This document shows, in pieces, positions 9,488 through 19,635 of a DNA stretch of 64,000 nt. How positions within the stretch are numbered: position 1 is the stretch's first letter; every line of letters starts with the position of its first letter. The translations under genes were made by a program, and so were the position numbers. The stretch lies in contig JBLKOP010000002.1 in NCBI GenBank assembly GCA_047602905.1, positions 79,381 through 143,380 of the forward strand, in the 5' to 3' direction. Origin of the DNA: Candidatus Woesearchaeota archaeon (GTDB lineage Archaea; Nanobdellota; Nanobdellia; Woesearchaeales; SKIA01). The notes under the pieces are model-generated. The model was given only the letters and a program-made list of their open reading frames with translations, was not told the DNA's origin and searched no databases.

Positions 9488-9727
9488 ATAATATCATCTG
9501 CAGTAATACTGGCAATTTTTCTTATAAGTTTTTCTAATTTTTTTCTTGATAGAATCTTACTTTTTGTTTTATTTAAAAAATATTTTGCAGAGGTTTTATC
9601 TTCTAAACAGTTTACTTTAGGTTGTATGCTTCTTGTAGCGTTGTTGTTCCTGCGTAGATTTGTTCTCGTACGCTTCTCATTTCTGAATCAACTTTTCTTT
9701 ATGAGTTGTTCTTTTATTTTTGTTTGT

Positions 9728-10474
9728 TTATATATTTGTTGGGTTGTTGTTTAGGTATTGTTCTGCTAGTTTATTTGTGTATTTGGTTAGTTCTTTGTTG
9801 ATTTTGTGTAGTTGTTTTCTTGTTGGTAGCGTTTGTCGTATCCTCCAGGCTTCGTGTATTGGGTGTTTTGTTTGTTCTCGGAGTTCTTTTACGAGTTTGT
9901 TTCTTTCAAGAATGTAGGGTTTGTTTTGTAGTTGTAGTTCTACTCGTGCTAGCTCGAAGACTATTTTGTGAAAGTCTTTTAGTGGGTAGGGCTCGTTTTG
10001 TTCTTGTAATTGTTTACTCATCTCTTTACTTACTTCTATGAGGTGTTGTAGTTCTTGTTTTAGCGGCATTGCTTGCGGGTACGTACTAAAATTTATTTGT
10101 TGCTTGCTAAGTAGTTTGAAGTGTTTTAGTCGTTGTACGAAGCGCTCTGGCTTAATGAATTGTAGTATTGGCTCTATTGGTTCTTGCTGTTTCCTAAGAC
10201 TTTTCTCTGTAAATATTCGTAGCCTACTCTCTATTGCTATATTGTTTTTTTCTAAGTACTCTTCTAGTTGTTTGTTAATTGTTTCTTCTTGTTTGTACGT
10301 CTCATTGCTGCGTACAATTGCAAAGAAGTCTATGTCGCTAAACTCATTTCTTTCTTTGTTATCAAGTATTGTTCCTCCAAGGTATAAAGCGACGAGTTCT
10401 TCTTTAATGAGTTGTTGTAAAATGAGTTGTTTACAAGCAGTTATTGTTGTTTGTATTTGTTGTTCTGAGAGCAT
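9728..10474 (-). CDS. Pol-beta superfamily nucleotidyltransferase with helical C-terminal domain
   Basis: LYLGGT...SDIDFFAIV (G[GS]...DxD) motif. Confidence 0.7.
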   Translation of the reverse strand: MLSEQQIQTTITACKQLILQQLIKEELVALYLGGTILDNKERNEFSDIDFFAIVRSNETYKQEETINKQLEEYLEKNNIAIESRLRIFTEKSLRKQQEPIEPILQFIKPERFVQRLKHFKLLSKQQINFSTYPQAMPLKQELQHLIEVSKEMSKQLQEQNEPYPLKDFHKIVFELARVELQLQNKPYILERNKLVKELREQTKHPIHEAWRIRQTLPTRKQLHKINKELTKYTNKLAEQYLNNNPTNI

Positions 10475-10578
10475 CTCTTTTGTTGTTCTCTTCTTGTTAT
10501 TTAATGATTTCTTACGTAATTGTTCTAATCAGCTTTTTTTGGTTGTTTTTTTATAGGTGTTCGTTTCTTTGTTGTGTT

Positions 10579-11280
10579 ATGGATGTATTGTTTGTTCTTC
10601 TGATTTTGTTTGTGGCTTTTTATTTGCAGTCTGTTGTTGGTTTTGCTTCTGGTCTTGTCGCTGCTCCTTTTCTCATTCTTTTTTTGTCTTTTCCGGAAAT
10701 GGTTTTTTTATTATCGGTTATTGGGTTGTTTTTTGCTTCGTATCAAGTTCCTAAAGTTTTTTCTTCTGCTCATAAGCGTATGTTGTTGTTTTTGTTTCCT
10801 TCATTACTAGTTGGTATGTTTTTTGGTGTTCGTAGCCTTGCTGTTTTTTCTCGGAGCACTCTTGAGTTGGTGTTGGTTGCTGTTATTGTTTTGGGGTTGT
10901 TCTTGATTGTGTTTCGTTCTCGTATTCGTTTGCCTGAGTCTGCTGGCGTGATTGTTGGTTTTCTTGGAGGATTTTTTTCTGGCTCAGTAAGTGTTGGTGG
11001 TCCTGTCTATGCTTCTTATATTGATTCACAAACTTCTTCTGTTGTTGCTCGCTCCACGCTTATTGTTTTGCTTGCTCTTGTTGAATTCTTTAAGCTTTCT
11101 ATGCTTGTCTTCTCTGGGTTTGTAAGCTCATCGATTCTTGTTACTGCATTACTTGCTGTTCCTGTTGTTTTCTTAGCGATGTTTCTTGGTAACAAAGCGT
11201 CTGGATTACTTTCTCAGCGAGTCTATCATGCTAGTGTTTTTGTTCTTGTACTTCTTGCTGCTGTGTTAGTTATTATGTAG
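10579..11280 (+). CDS. TauE/SafE (TSUP) family membrane transporter
   Basis: LQSVVGFASGL and GFFSGSVSVGGP motifs, multi-TM; start moved to ATG 10579. Confidence 0.8.
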   Translation: MDVLFVLLILFVAFYLQSVVGFASGLVAAPFLILFLSFPEMVFLLSVIGLFFASYQVPKVFSSAHKRMLLFLFPSLLVGMFFGVRSLAVFSRSTLELVLVAVIVLGLFLIVFRSRIRLPESAGVIVGFLGGFFSGSVSVGGPVYASYIDSQTSSVVARSTLIVLLALVEFFKLSMLVFSGFVSSSILVTALLAVPVVFLAMFLGNKASGLLSQRVYHASVFVLVLLAAVLVIM

Positions 11281-11308
11281 TTAGAAAAATATTATCAAAA
11301 ATATTTTT

Positions 11309-12010
11309 TTATTCTTTGTACATGCTGTTTAGTTGTGCTAGTTCAGTCATAAGTGGCTGATACATTGGACTTTTTGTGAAGTCTTTTTCAAAGTGTTTGC
11401 TTTCTACTAGCTCGTCTATTGCGCTGTATATTTTGTTCGTGAGTGGGCCTTTGTCTTTACGAAACTCTGCTAGGTTGTCTCTTATGTCTATTAGTTGTCC
11501 TTTTGTTCGTAGATCAAGTGTTGATATGTGTTTGTCGTTTGCAGATTTTCCTCCCATTCGTATTGCGCTTGCTATTGTTTGGTAGTCTGTAAGAAAGCTT
11601 TCTGCTTGTTCTTCTAGTATTTCTTGTACTTCTTTAGCGTTTATACTTTCTAAACCGTTTCTTTGTTTGGCTATTGACGCAACTGTTTTGTCTCCTCCTA
11701 CTCCAAAGAAGTCTGTTAGTTCGTATTTTGGTGAGATAATTGTATCTTCTGGGTTGTGTATACTTCCTGTTGCGTAGAACGTTGGGTCTAGTATTGTTGC
11801 TGTTGCTAAGTCGTATGTTGTTTCTTCTTCGTATCCAGGGTTTTGCCATCCTTGTATTCCTACGGGTAGGTTGTGTATTCCTTTGTAGTCGTTTACGCGA
11901 ACTACTAGTGATTCTGAGGGCATTGATTCTTCTGGTGTAAATGAGTTGTTTAGTATTCTTTCTATGTCTTCTGGGCTTATTGGTTTGTTGTTTAGTGTTT
12001 GTATGTTCAT
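11309..12010 (-). CDS. Hypothetical protein
   Basis: ~233-aa ORF with protein-like composition; GGAGGTG upstream. Confidence 0.65.
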   Translation of the reverse strand: MNIQTLNNKPISPEDIERILNNSFTPEESMPSESLVVRVNDYKGIHNLPVGIQGWQNPGYEEETTYDLATATILDPTFYATGSIHNPEDTIISPKYELTDFFGVGGDKTVASIAKQRNGLESINAKEVQEILEEQAESFLTDYQTIASAIRMGGKSANDKHISTLDLRTKGQLIDIRDNLAEFRKDKGPLTNKIYSAIDELVESKHFEKDFTKSPMYQPLMTELAQLNSMYKE

Positions 12011-12122
12011 AAAGAACACCTCCTTGTTATTACTGTGTAGTGGTTTTATGTTTATAAATATTATCCCTTCACTAGGGAGGAGAAATAATTATGTTTATAA
12101 ATTGCTATTCATATGTCTTCGT

Positions 12123-12878
12123 ATGGATGCTCAGAAGCTTCAAGAAGTAGGTCTTACAGAAGGAGAAAGCAAAGTCTACTTAGCTCTCTCAGAACTAAAA
12201 GAATCAACAACAGGAGATATTATTCAAAAATCCGGTGTTTCAAGCTCTAAAGTCTACGACATCTTAGAGCGACTATCAAAAAAAGGCCTTGTAAGCATCC
12301 AAATAAAAAATAACACCAAACACTTTCAAGCAAAAGCTCCGCAAAGAATACTTGATTTCTTACACGTACAAGAAACTGAGCTTAAACAAAAAAAGCAGCA
12401 AGCAAAACAGCTCATCCAAGAATTACAAGCAATCCAAAGCAGACCACAACAAACACAATACGCAGAGATACTGCAAGGAATACAAGGAATAAAGACGTTT
12501 CTTGAATATTTCTTACAAGAACTACAAGCAAACGACACAATGTACATCATTGGAGCAAACAAAGAATCAATTGATCTCATGGGAGAGTACTTCAGCGAGT
12601 GGCACACTCGAAGAGTACACAAAGAAGTCACATGCCTTGCAACGTACTTACCAGAAGCAACAAGCAGAGCACGTTTTCGTAAACAAACCCCTCTTACCCA
12701 AACACGCATACTTCCTAAAACCATGAAAGCACCAGCGTTTTTTGTTATTGGACGAGACATATCAAGCACGTTCATATTCGGAGGAAGCCCGCTATGCATC
12801 GTAGTAAAAAATCAGCAAGTAGCACAAAGCTATGAAGAATACTTCAAGTTGCTTTGGGAGCAATCAACACCTCCATGA
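12123..12878 (+). CDS. TrmB-family transcriptional regulator
   Basis: LQEVGLTEGESKVYLAL...SKVYDILERLSKKGLV wHTH; C-terminal FKLLWEQ. Confidence 0.88.
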   Translation: MDAQKLQEVGLTEGESKVYLALSELKESTTGDIIQKSGVSSSKVYDILERLSKKGLVSIQIKNNTKHFQAKAPQRILDFLHVQETELKQKKQQAKQLIQELQAIQSRPQQTQYAEILQGIQGIKTFLEYFLQELQANDTMYIIGANKESIDLMGEYFSEWHTRRVHKEVTCLATYLPEATSRARFRKQTPLTQTRILPKTMKAPAFFVIGRDISSTFIFGGSPLCIVVKNQQVAQSYEEYFKLLWEQSTPP

Positions 12879-12954
12879 TGAAGCTGTGTACAAACAAATG
12901 TTTTTTCTAGTTAGTAACGCAAGTTATTTTGCTTATCAAGTCAATTATGGTTGT

Positions 12955-13452
12955 TTATTGATTTCTGTAGTTTGGTATTGGCATCTCATCCATTTCTTTC
13001 TGTAGCTTTCTGATTCGTCCGATGCGTTCATTCATTCCTTCTAGGTTTTTGTTTAAGTCGTGTAGCTGGTTGAGGTATCCGAATACTTCATCTCGGCTCT
13101 CAAACAGCGCGTGGTATGAATCGACTAATTCAAGAAACACTTCTTGCATGTCTGAGGGCATGCCTGCTTTCTCTAATTCATTGATGTATTTAATTGTTTC
13201 TTGTGCTGTTTGTGTTATTGATAGTGTTGTTTTGTATGTTTCTTGTAGTTCTTCTTGTTTTTCTTCTGAAAAATCGTTGTATACTGTTTGTAGGCTGTCT
13301 GCCTTTTGTTGCCAGTAGTCTGGTGTTCTCCAGGCAGGCTCGTCAGGAGAAGTTTTGTTTTGAGCTTGTGCTACTTTTGTTTCTAGTCCTCCTGTGAGTC
13401 CTATCATTGCTGCTCCTGCAACTGCTTGTTTCCATAACGAAGGCTTTTTCAT
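12955..13452 (-). CDS. Secreted helical hypothetical protein
   Basis: Signal-peptide-like N-terminus ending AQA; coiled-coil body. Confidence 0.6.
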   Translation of the reverse strand: MKKPSLWKQAVAGAAMIGLTGGLETKVAQAQNKTSPDEPAWRTPDYWQQKADSLQTVYNDFSEEKQEELQETYKTTLSITQTAQETIKYINELEKAGMPSDMQEVFLELVDSYHALFESRDEVFGYLNQLHDLNKNLEGMNERIGRIRKLQKEMDEMPIPNYRNQ

Positions 13453-13559
13453 GATACTACTAAAAAGTAGTAATTATATTTAAATGTTGTGGATTTCTCA
13501 ATAAATACGAACTGTTCTTAAGAAACTAATGTTAATAAACACCTAAACTAAAAAACTAT

Positions 13560-14183
13560 GTGATGAAGCTGTACTTATCCTCTTACAAAATAGGTAATGA
13601 AACAAAAAAATTACAAGAACTAGCTGGAAAAAAGAAAATAGGATACATCTCAAATGCTTTAGACTTCTCAGGAGTTGATCTTACTAAAAGAAAACAGCAC
13701 ATCCAAAAAGATATTTCTGCACTAACAGAACTCTCCTTAGCTGTTGAAGAACTTGACCTTAGAGACTACTTCGGAAACAAACAAGCGTTACTTACAAAAA
13801 TACACGAACTAGGAGGTGTTTTTATTAGCGGAGGAAACGTTTTTGTCCTACGACAAGCAATAAAGCTAAGTTTTTTAGACGAAATACTTCTGCAGCTACA
13901 CAACAACAAAGAATTTCTTTACGCAGGATATAGCGCAGCAGGATGCGTTCTATACACAAACCTCAAACCATACCAGATAGTAGATGACGCAACACAAACA
14001 CCCTACAAAGAACAAAAAGAAGTAATTTGGCAGGGTCTTGGAATACTTCCGTATGCTTTGTTACCTCATTACAAATCAGACCACCCAGAATCAGAAGACA
14101 TTGATAAAGAAGTACTGTTTTGCAAGCAAAACAACATCCCGTTTAAAACACTACAAGATGGAGAAGTACTTATAATTGAATAA
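13560..14183 (+). CDS. Peptidase S51 (peptidase E) family protein
   Basis: ISGGNVF, YAGYSAAG nucleophile elbow, GLG...LPHY. Confidence 0.82.
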   Translation: MMKLYLSSYKIGNETKKLQELAGKKKIGYISNALDFSGVDLTKRKQHIQKDISALTELSLAVEELDLRDYFGNKQALLTKIHELGGVFISGGNVFVLRQAIKLSFLDEILLQLHNNKEFLYAGYSAAGCVLYTNLKPYQIVDDATQTPYKEQKEVIWQGLGILPYALLPHYKSDHPESEDIDKEVLFCKQNNIPFKTLQDGEVLIIE

Positions 14184-14230
14184 TACTTTTTTTAGTCTAC
14201 AAAGACTTTTTATATGTTAGATTATACGAG

Positions 14231-14713
14231 GTGTTTGTGAATATACGCGTAGCAAATAAAAATGACTTAGATAAGCTAACAAACATATTTATTGATTTTA
14301 AAGAAGAACTAACTGCGTATGAGCCTGAAGACATAAAAGTGTTTAGAAGAAATAAAAAGCCGTTTTCTTTAATTAAACAAGCAGTAAGTAAAAAAATAAC
14401 TGATACAAAAGGAATGTTTTTACTTGCAGAAGAAGGTAATCAAGTAATTGGTTTTGGGTTTGCTACACTAAAAGAAAACGATCACGTTGTTTTCAAAACA
14501 GTTAGGTACGGGTTTATTAATAATATGTGGGTGCATAAATCCTACAGAGGAGAAGGTATTGCTTCAAAGATAAAAAATGAATTATTTTCTTGGTTTAAAA
14601 AAAATAATTGTGGTTACGTTGAGCTTTCTGTTCTTGATACAAACCCTGCAAAAAAGATGTATGAGAAGTGGGGTTTTGAGGTAACACTTACTTCAATGAA
14701 AAAAGTTCTCTAG
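14231..14713 (+). CDS. GNAT acetyltransferase
   Basis: VHKSYRGEGIA, NPAKKMYEKWGF. Confidence 0.85.
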   Translation: MFVNIRVANKNDLDKLTNIFIDFKEELTAYEPEDIKVFRRNKKPFSLIKQAVSKKITDTKGMFLLAEEGNQVIGFGFATLKENDHVVFKTVRYGFINNMWVHKSYRGEGIASKIKNELFSWFKKNNCGYVELSVLDTNPAKKMYEKWGFEVTLTSMKKVL

Positions 14714-14720
14714 GCGTTGT

Positions 14721-15140
14721 TTACTTATCTATTGGATACCAATAAAAGATGTGTTTCTCGTCAAACGCGAAGTATTCTCTTACGCTTCCTACTTCTTCAA
14801 AACCGTTTTTTTCATAGAACTTACGAGCCCAGGTTGTTTGGCTTCCTGTGTTCACGCTTATTCCTCGCACACCAAGTTCTTGGGCGTGTTCTTTTATTTT
14901 GTTCATGAGTTGTGTTCCTATCCCTTCTCGGCGATACTTTTCTCGTGCGAGTATCCAATTGATGATGAGTCGATCACCACTTTTTTCTAGTATTGTCCAT
15001 CCAGCAAGCTCTTTTTCCTTAAAGCACAAGTACTTTGTGTAGTGGTCGCTTGTGAAGTACTTTATTCCTTCGTCGATTCCTTCTTGTGCGAGGCTTTCGC
15101 GCACTAACTCTAAGTCTTCTGGTTGGTATTTTTTTATCAT
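14721..15140 (-). CDS. GNAT acetyltransferase
   Basis: YRREGIGTQL, ARKFYEKNGF. Confidence 0.85.
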   Translation of the reverse strand: MIKKYQPEDLELVRESLAQEGIDEGIKYFTSDHYTKYLCFKEKELAGWTILEKSGDRLIINWILAREKYRREGIGTQLMNKIKEHAQELGVRGISVNTGSQTTWARKFYEKNGFEEVGSVREYFAFDEKHIFYWYPIDK

Positions 15141-15244
15141 GAAACGTTTTTTAGTGAGTTTTTCTGCTGCTTGATTTATTATTGTATCTATAAAAATAAT
15201 TATTTATTGTTATCTTTAAATACTTCACTTTCTATTTTGATATA

Positions 15245-15724
15245 ATGAGCGTAGAATTATTTCATAAAAAGTACTCAGAAGACATATGTGCTTTGTTAAA
15301 GGAATTCTTGGAGTATACTAGAGAAGCATATAGTGTGCAAGTTCTTGAATTTGATAACTATATTGATTCAAAACAAGATACGTATGCTCAAGAACTATTA
15401 AGTTCTTTTGTTGAACTAAAAAAATCAAGATTCTTAATTGCACATCATAATTCAGAAGTAGTTGGATACATTGTTGGTTCTATTGAGAAGAAGCCAAATA
15501 AGGTTATGAAAAAATCTGGTTATATCCATAGTTTTTTTGTTACAAAAAAGTACAGGGGTGCAGGTTTAGGTAAACAGTTATATGATTCGTTAGTTGATTG
15601 GTTTAAGAAACAACGTTGTGATCATCTCGAATTAAGTGTTTTTGATGGTAATCAAAAAACTATTTCTACCTATAAAAAATGGGGTTTTAAAGAGAATGCA
15701 ATAAAAATGAAAAAGAAACTTTAA
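15245..15724 (+). CDS. GNAT acetyltransferase
   Basis: VTKKYRGAGLG, N...YKKWGF. Confidence 0.85.
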   Translation: MSVELFHKKYSEDICALLKEFLEYTREAYSVQVLEFDNYIDSKQDTYAQELLSSFVELKKSRFLIAHHNSEVVGYIVGSIEKKPNKVMKKSGYIHSFFVTKKYRGAGLGKQLYDSLVDWFKKQRCDHLELSVFDGNQKTISTYKKWGFKENAIKMKKKL

Positions 15725-15829
15725 GCCTAAAAAAGTGATTTTTTCTTAGTAGTTTTTAACAGTAATTTCTTTTACAAAACACTACTCTTTGCAAACACAT
15801 ATTTTGTTTTATTGTAAGCTATAAAAATT

Positions 15830-16190
15830 ATCTAATACGATTTTTGTTGGCGTTGCTCCTTGCAGTATGGTGTTGATGTATGGCGTTATTGCTTGTGGCT
15901 TTAATATTGATTTTTTTGCGTCTTATTCTTGTTCTGTTTGTTTTGGTAGCCGTCTAAGCATTCTTGTGTCTATTGGTCCGAGTTGTACATCACACATGTG
16001 TATGTTCTTTGTGCTTTTGCTGTTGTGCGATTTGGTAAGGTTGTGTAGTGCTGCAAACACCATACTCATATACGGAGCTGCTGGTAGCCCATTGTCTACG
16101 CTTTGCCCTGATAACGTAAGTATTTTACCACCATCATTAAGTTTGTTCTTAAGTGCTTGTGTTGTTGCGTATGTGGTTGTTATTAAAACA
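15830..16190 (-). pseudogene. C-terminal remnant of a short-chain dehydrogenase/reductase
   Basis: Manual translation ...LNDGGKILTLSG...AALHNLTKS...NIHMCDVQLGPIDTRML...; no start, no Rossmann GxxxGxG, internal TAA. Confidence 0.65.
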
Positions 16191-16192
16191 TA

Positions 16193-17092
16193 TTATTGTA
16201 TGAAGTACTCGTTTACTAGTTTTTGTAGGTTGTGTATTACTTCTTTTTCATTAATATCTAGTTGTTTTTGTTTCACGAGTCCTTCTAATAAGTTGCTTTC
16301 CGGAAGAACAAGCAAATTATTTGCAGGTAATTCTTGATGGTATTGGTTGTGTCTGTCTATAAGTACATATCCTTCTGGTTGTTGTTCTCGGTGTTCTTCG
16401 CTAGTGGTTTCTATGGGGGTGAATCTTTCTGTTCTTTCAATAAGGTTTTTGAAGTGTTTTGAAGCAATGATGTCGTTTATTCTTCTTGCTGCAGGAGTGA
16501 TTTCTGAGTAGTAAATGTCTTCAGTTACGCTTCTTAGTTCGCCGTTGTATTGCTCTTGCATGATGTTTTCTAACTTATTTTTTTCTTCTAGTTCGCGTTC
16601 AGAAAGATATGTGTCTGCAAGACTGTTTAGGGAGCCCATGTGGTCTGCTAATTGTTCTTGTACGATATATATTGGTTCTTGTGGTTTTCTTACTTGAAGC
16701 TGATTGAATATATCTGTGTAGAACTGATCTGATTCTTCTTGTATGTCAAAGCGTATTTCTCTCTCTTGCTTATTGTCTGAGGTTAATGCAATGGTGTATG
16801 CTGTTGTTATTATTGAGTCAAGTTCTTCTAATGGTATGTCTCCTTTTGGTTGTCGTTTTATGTCTACTCCATTAATCCATGGTTTGGTTGTGTTGTCTGT
16901 TATGAGTATCTGGTTTTCTAGTTTGCTTCTGTTTTCTTCATACCACTTCGCGATTTCTTCTTTTCCTGTTTCTTTTTTGAATGCGTGTATACTTACAGGG
17001 AGATTGTTTTTTGTAAATTCGTTTTGTATTTCTGGTACGAATCGTTCTAGTAGTTCGTTTGTTCGGTAGATTATGTTGATGTTTTGTTTCAT
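16193..17092 (-). CDS. Hypothetical protein
   Basis: ~299-aa ORF; start MKQNINI overlaps the upstream ORF stop (ATGA). Confidence 0.65.
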   Translation of the reverse strand: MKQNINIIYRTNELLERFVPEIQNEFTKNNLPVSIHAFKKETGKEEIAKWYEENRSKLENQILITDNTTKPWINGVDIKRQPKGDIPLEELDSIITTAYTIALTSDNKQEREIRFDIQEESDQFYTDIFNQLQVRKPQEPIYIVQEQLADHMGSLNSLADTYLSERELEEKNKLENIMQEQYNGELRSVTEDIYYSEITPAARRINDIIASKHFKNLIERTERFTPIETTSEEHREQQPEGYVLIDRHNQYHQELPANNLLVLPESNLLEGLVKQKQLDINEKEVIHNLQKLVNEYFIQ

Positions 17093-17286
17093 GTTCTTGT
17101 GTGGTATGTGCTTGTATTTCCTGTTGGTCTTTCTCCTACCCAAGTTATTTTTGGTGGTTGTGTTGGGAATTGACTCATGTATGTTTGTATGTTTGTGTCT
17201 AGTAGGGGGTTTAGTTGGTATTCTTCTTTGATGTCTTTTAGTGCTGTTTGTTTTGCTTGGATAACCAAGGGAGTGTATTTTTTCAT
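17089..17286 (-). CDS. Small hypothetical protein
   Basis: 65-aa ORF with upstream TATA; coupled to the downstream gene. Confidence 0.45.
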   Translation of the reverse strand: MKKYTPLVIQAKQTALKDIKEEYQLNPLLDTNIQTYMSQFPTQPPKITWVGERPTGNTSTYHTRT

Positions 17287-17374
17287 AACTAATAAGTAGT
17301 TACTAAAATATATAAATCTTTCTCTTAAAAAAATAGAATAATATATAAAATATAATTATTATATCATAAATAAT

Positions 17375-18325
17375 ATGAAATTAGACAAATATTATCGTAA
17401 TATCTTGTTTTCGTTAACAAAAAACGCTCGCATACCTCTTAACGAACTTGCTAAACTAATCAATTTATCTCCTTCAACAACTGCGTACAGAATACAACAA
17501 CTCCAAGAAAATAACCTATTAGAAAACACTTACGCAGTACTTGACCTTTACAAACTCGGCTTTGTAGGATACAGAGCTTACATAACCTTTCAAGCAACCA
17601 CTCCTGATCAAGAAGAAGAAATTCTTTCTTGGCTTCAAAAACAAAAACAAGCAGCTGTTCTGTTAAAAACAACAGGAGACGTTGATTGCGTCTGTATTAG
17701 CTGGACAAAAACAGACCTTGAATACTACTCGTTCGTACAAGAACTCAAAGAACACTACCAAACACACATTAAACACATAGAAATAACCTCTTACATCAAA
17801 GCACATCACTTACAAAGAAACTACTTACTAGACGAAGACGACCAAGAAATACTCACGATAGGAAACACCCGAGAAATAGTAGAACACGACCAACTAGACC
17901 TACAAATACTTCAGCTCCTCGCAACAAACGCTCGTATAAGCGCACTAGAAATAGCACAACAACTAACTATACACGCACAAACAGTAATTAACCGCATAAA
18001 ACGCTTAGAACAAACACAAGTAATAGCAGGATACAGCTGCAGTATTAATACACAACAACTACAGCGAATCTATGAAAAACTCAATTTTGTTTTCTCAAAG
18101 AACACAAACCACCAAGAACTCCTCAGCTACGCAGCAAGCATTCCTGAAAGCATCTACGTTGATGAAGCAACAAACCAATACGACTTAGAGCTAAACATAG
18201 AAGTCTCCTCAACAGCAAGAAAACACGAGATACTAAACGACATAAAAAACCGTTTCGGAGGAGTACATCACTTCAGTCAATTCTCAACAACAGGATTTAG
18301 AAAAATCGTTTATCTACCTGTATAA
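17375..18325 (+). CDS. Lrp/AsnC-family regulator with duplicated HTH-effector modules
   Basis: Two NARI...LA/IA...RI..L wHTH units. Confidence 0.85.
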   Translation: MKLDKYYRNILFSLTKNARIPLNELAKLINLSPSTTAYRIQQLQENNLLENTYAVLDLYKLGFVGYRAYITFQATTPDQEEEILSWLQKQKQAAVLLKTTGDVDCVCISWTKTDLEYYSFVQELKEHYQTHIKHIEITSYIKAHHLQRNYLLDEDDQEILTIGNTREIVEHDQLDLQILQLLATNARISALEIAQQLTIHAQTVINRIKRLEQTQVIAGYSCSINTQQLQRIYEKLNFVFSKNTNHQELLSYAASIPESIYVDEATNQYDLELNIEVSSTARKHEILNDIKNRFGGVHHFSQFSTTGFRKIVYLPV

Positions 18326-18391
18326 CTTGTTATTACATAAAACCATCTGTAGACGAAACCTTTATAGCTATACCAAAACCTTGCATATCTT

Positions 18392-19522
18392 ATGCATATT
18401 GATGAACGAGTACGCCTGATTACACGAAATACTGAAGAAATAATGACTGAAGAAGACCTTAAAAGTCTTTTAGAAAACGTCTCAGAAATCAATCATTACA
18501 TTGGCTTTGAGATATCAGGAAAAATCCATTTAGGAACAGGCCTTATGTGCATGTCTAAAGTAAAAGATTTCATGGACGCAGGAATTACTTGCTCAGTTTT
18601 CCTTGCTGACTGGCACAGCTACATTAATGACAAGCTTGGAGGAGACTTAGACATAATAAAACAAGTTGCTGTTGGCTACTTCATGAACGGACTAAAAGCA
18701 AGCCTGAAGTGCTTAGGAGGAGACCCTGATAAACTCACGTTTGTTCTAGGAAGCGACTTATACCATCATAACGATGAGTATTGGCAAACAGTAATTGACA
18801 TTAGTAAGAACACCTCGCTTTCTCGTATGATGAGAAGCATCACTATTCTTGGCCGAAAAGAAGGAGAAGGAGTAGATTTTGCTAAGCTCATGTACCCTCC
18901 TATGCAAGTAGCGGATATATTCACCCAAAACATTCATCTTCCTCACGCAGGCCTTGATCAACGAAAAGCACAAGTAATCGCTCGTGACGTAGCAACAAAA
19001 ATTAAGAAGCCCCTCTTAGATGATAACGGAGTAGTTGTTAAGCCTGTAGCCGTTCACCACCACTTACTCCTTGGTCTTCTCAAACCCCCCACCTGGCCTA
19101 TTCCTAAAGAAGAACTTCAAGAAGCTCTTAGTGCTTTGAAGATGAGTAAGTCTAAACCAAACAGTTCAGTCTATATTCATGACTCCCCTGAAGAAATTAC
19201 CAAAAAGATTTCTCAAGCGTTCTGTATGGAAGGAGAAGTAGCGTTTAATCCCATCCTTGACTGGACAAAATACTTGTTGTTTAGAGAAGAAACTTCCTCA
19301 TTAACGATTAAGCGCCCAGAGAAGTTTGGTGGAGACGTAACGTACACCTCCTATGAGTCGTTACGAGACGCTTTTGCAAGCAAAGACTTACACCCTGTTG
19401 ATTTAAAAAACGCTGTTGCGCAAGCAATCATTAAGTTACTTGCTCCTGCAAGAGAGTACTTTAGTAGTGAAGAAGGAGCAAATCTTCTTGCGGAAATGAA
19501 TAACATATTAGTTACTCGCTAA
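18392..19522 (+). CDS. tyrS: Tyrosine--tRNA ligase (archaeal type)
   Basis: YIGFEISGKIHLG, YPPMQVADI, DQRK, KMSKS, LHPVDLK. Confidence 0.95.
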   Translation: MHIDERVRLITRNTEEIMTEEDLKSLLENVSEINHYIGFEISGKIHLGTGLMCMSKVKDFMDAGITCSVFLADWHSYINDKLGGDLDIIKQVAVGYFMNGLKASLKCLGGDPDKLTFVLGSDLYHHNDEYWQTVIDISKNTSLSRMMRSITILGRKEGEGVDFAKLMYPPMQVADIFTQNIHLPHAGLDQRKAQVIARDVATKIKKPLLDDNGVVVKPVAVHHHLLLGLLKPPTWPIPKEELQEALSALKMSKSKPNSSVYIHDSPEEITKKISQAFCMEGEVAFNPILDWTKYLLFREETSSLTIKRPEKFGGDVTYTSYESLRDAFASKDLHPVDLKNAVAQAIIKLLAPAREYFSSEEGANLLAEMNNILVTR

Positions 19523-19635
19523 CATACGAACCAGTGCGTTTTATAAATAGCTGCTTGTTCGTCTCCTTTATCAACTCTTTTGTTCTCACAAAAAAAACGT
19601 TTTGTGTTATCAGTTGTTGTTGAACACCTAAAACG

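Noticed and set aside
9611..9720. Short minus-strand fragment MRSVREQIYAGTTTLQEAYNLK
   Set aside because: Too short to assign; possibly a remnant.
1577..17300. tRNA-anchored integrated element
   Set aside because: No duplicated tRNA 3' end or integrase was found.
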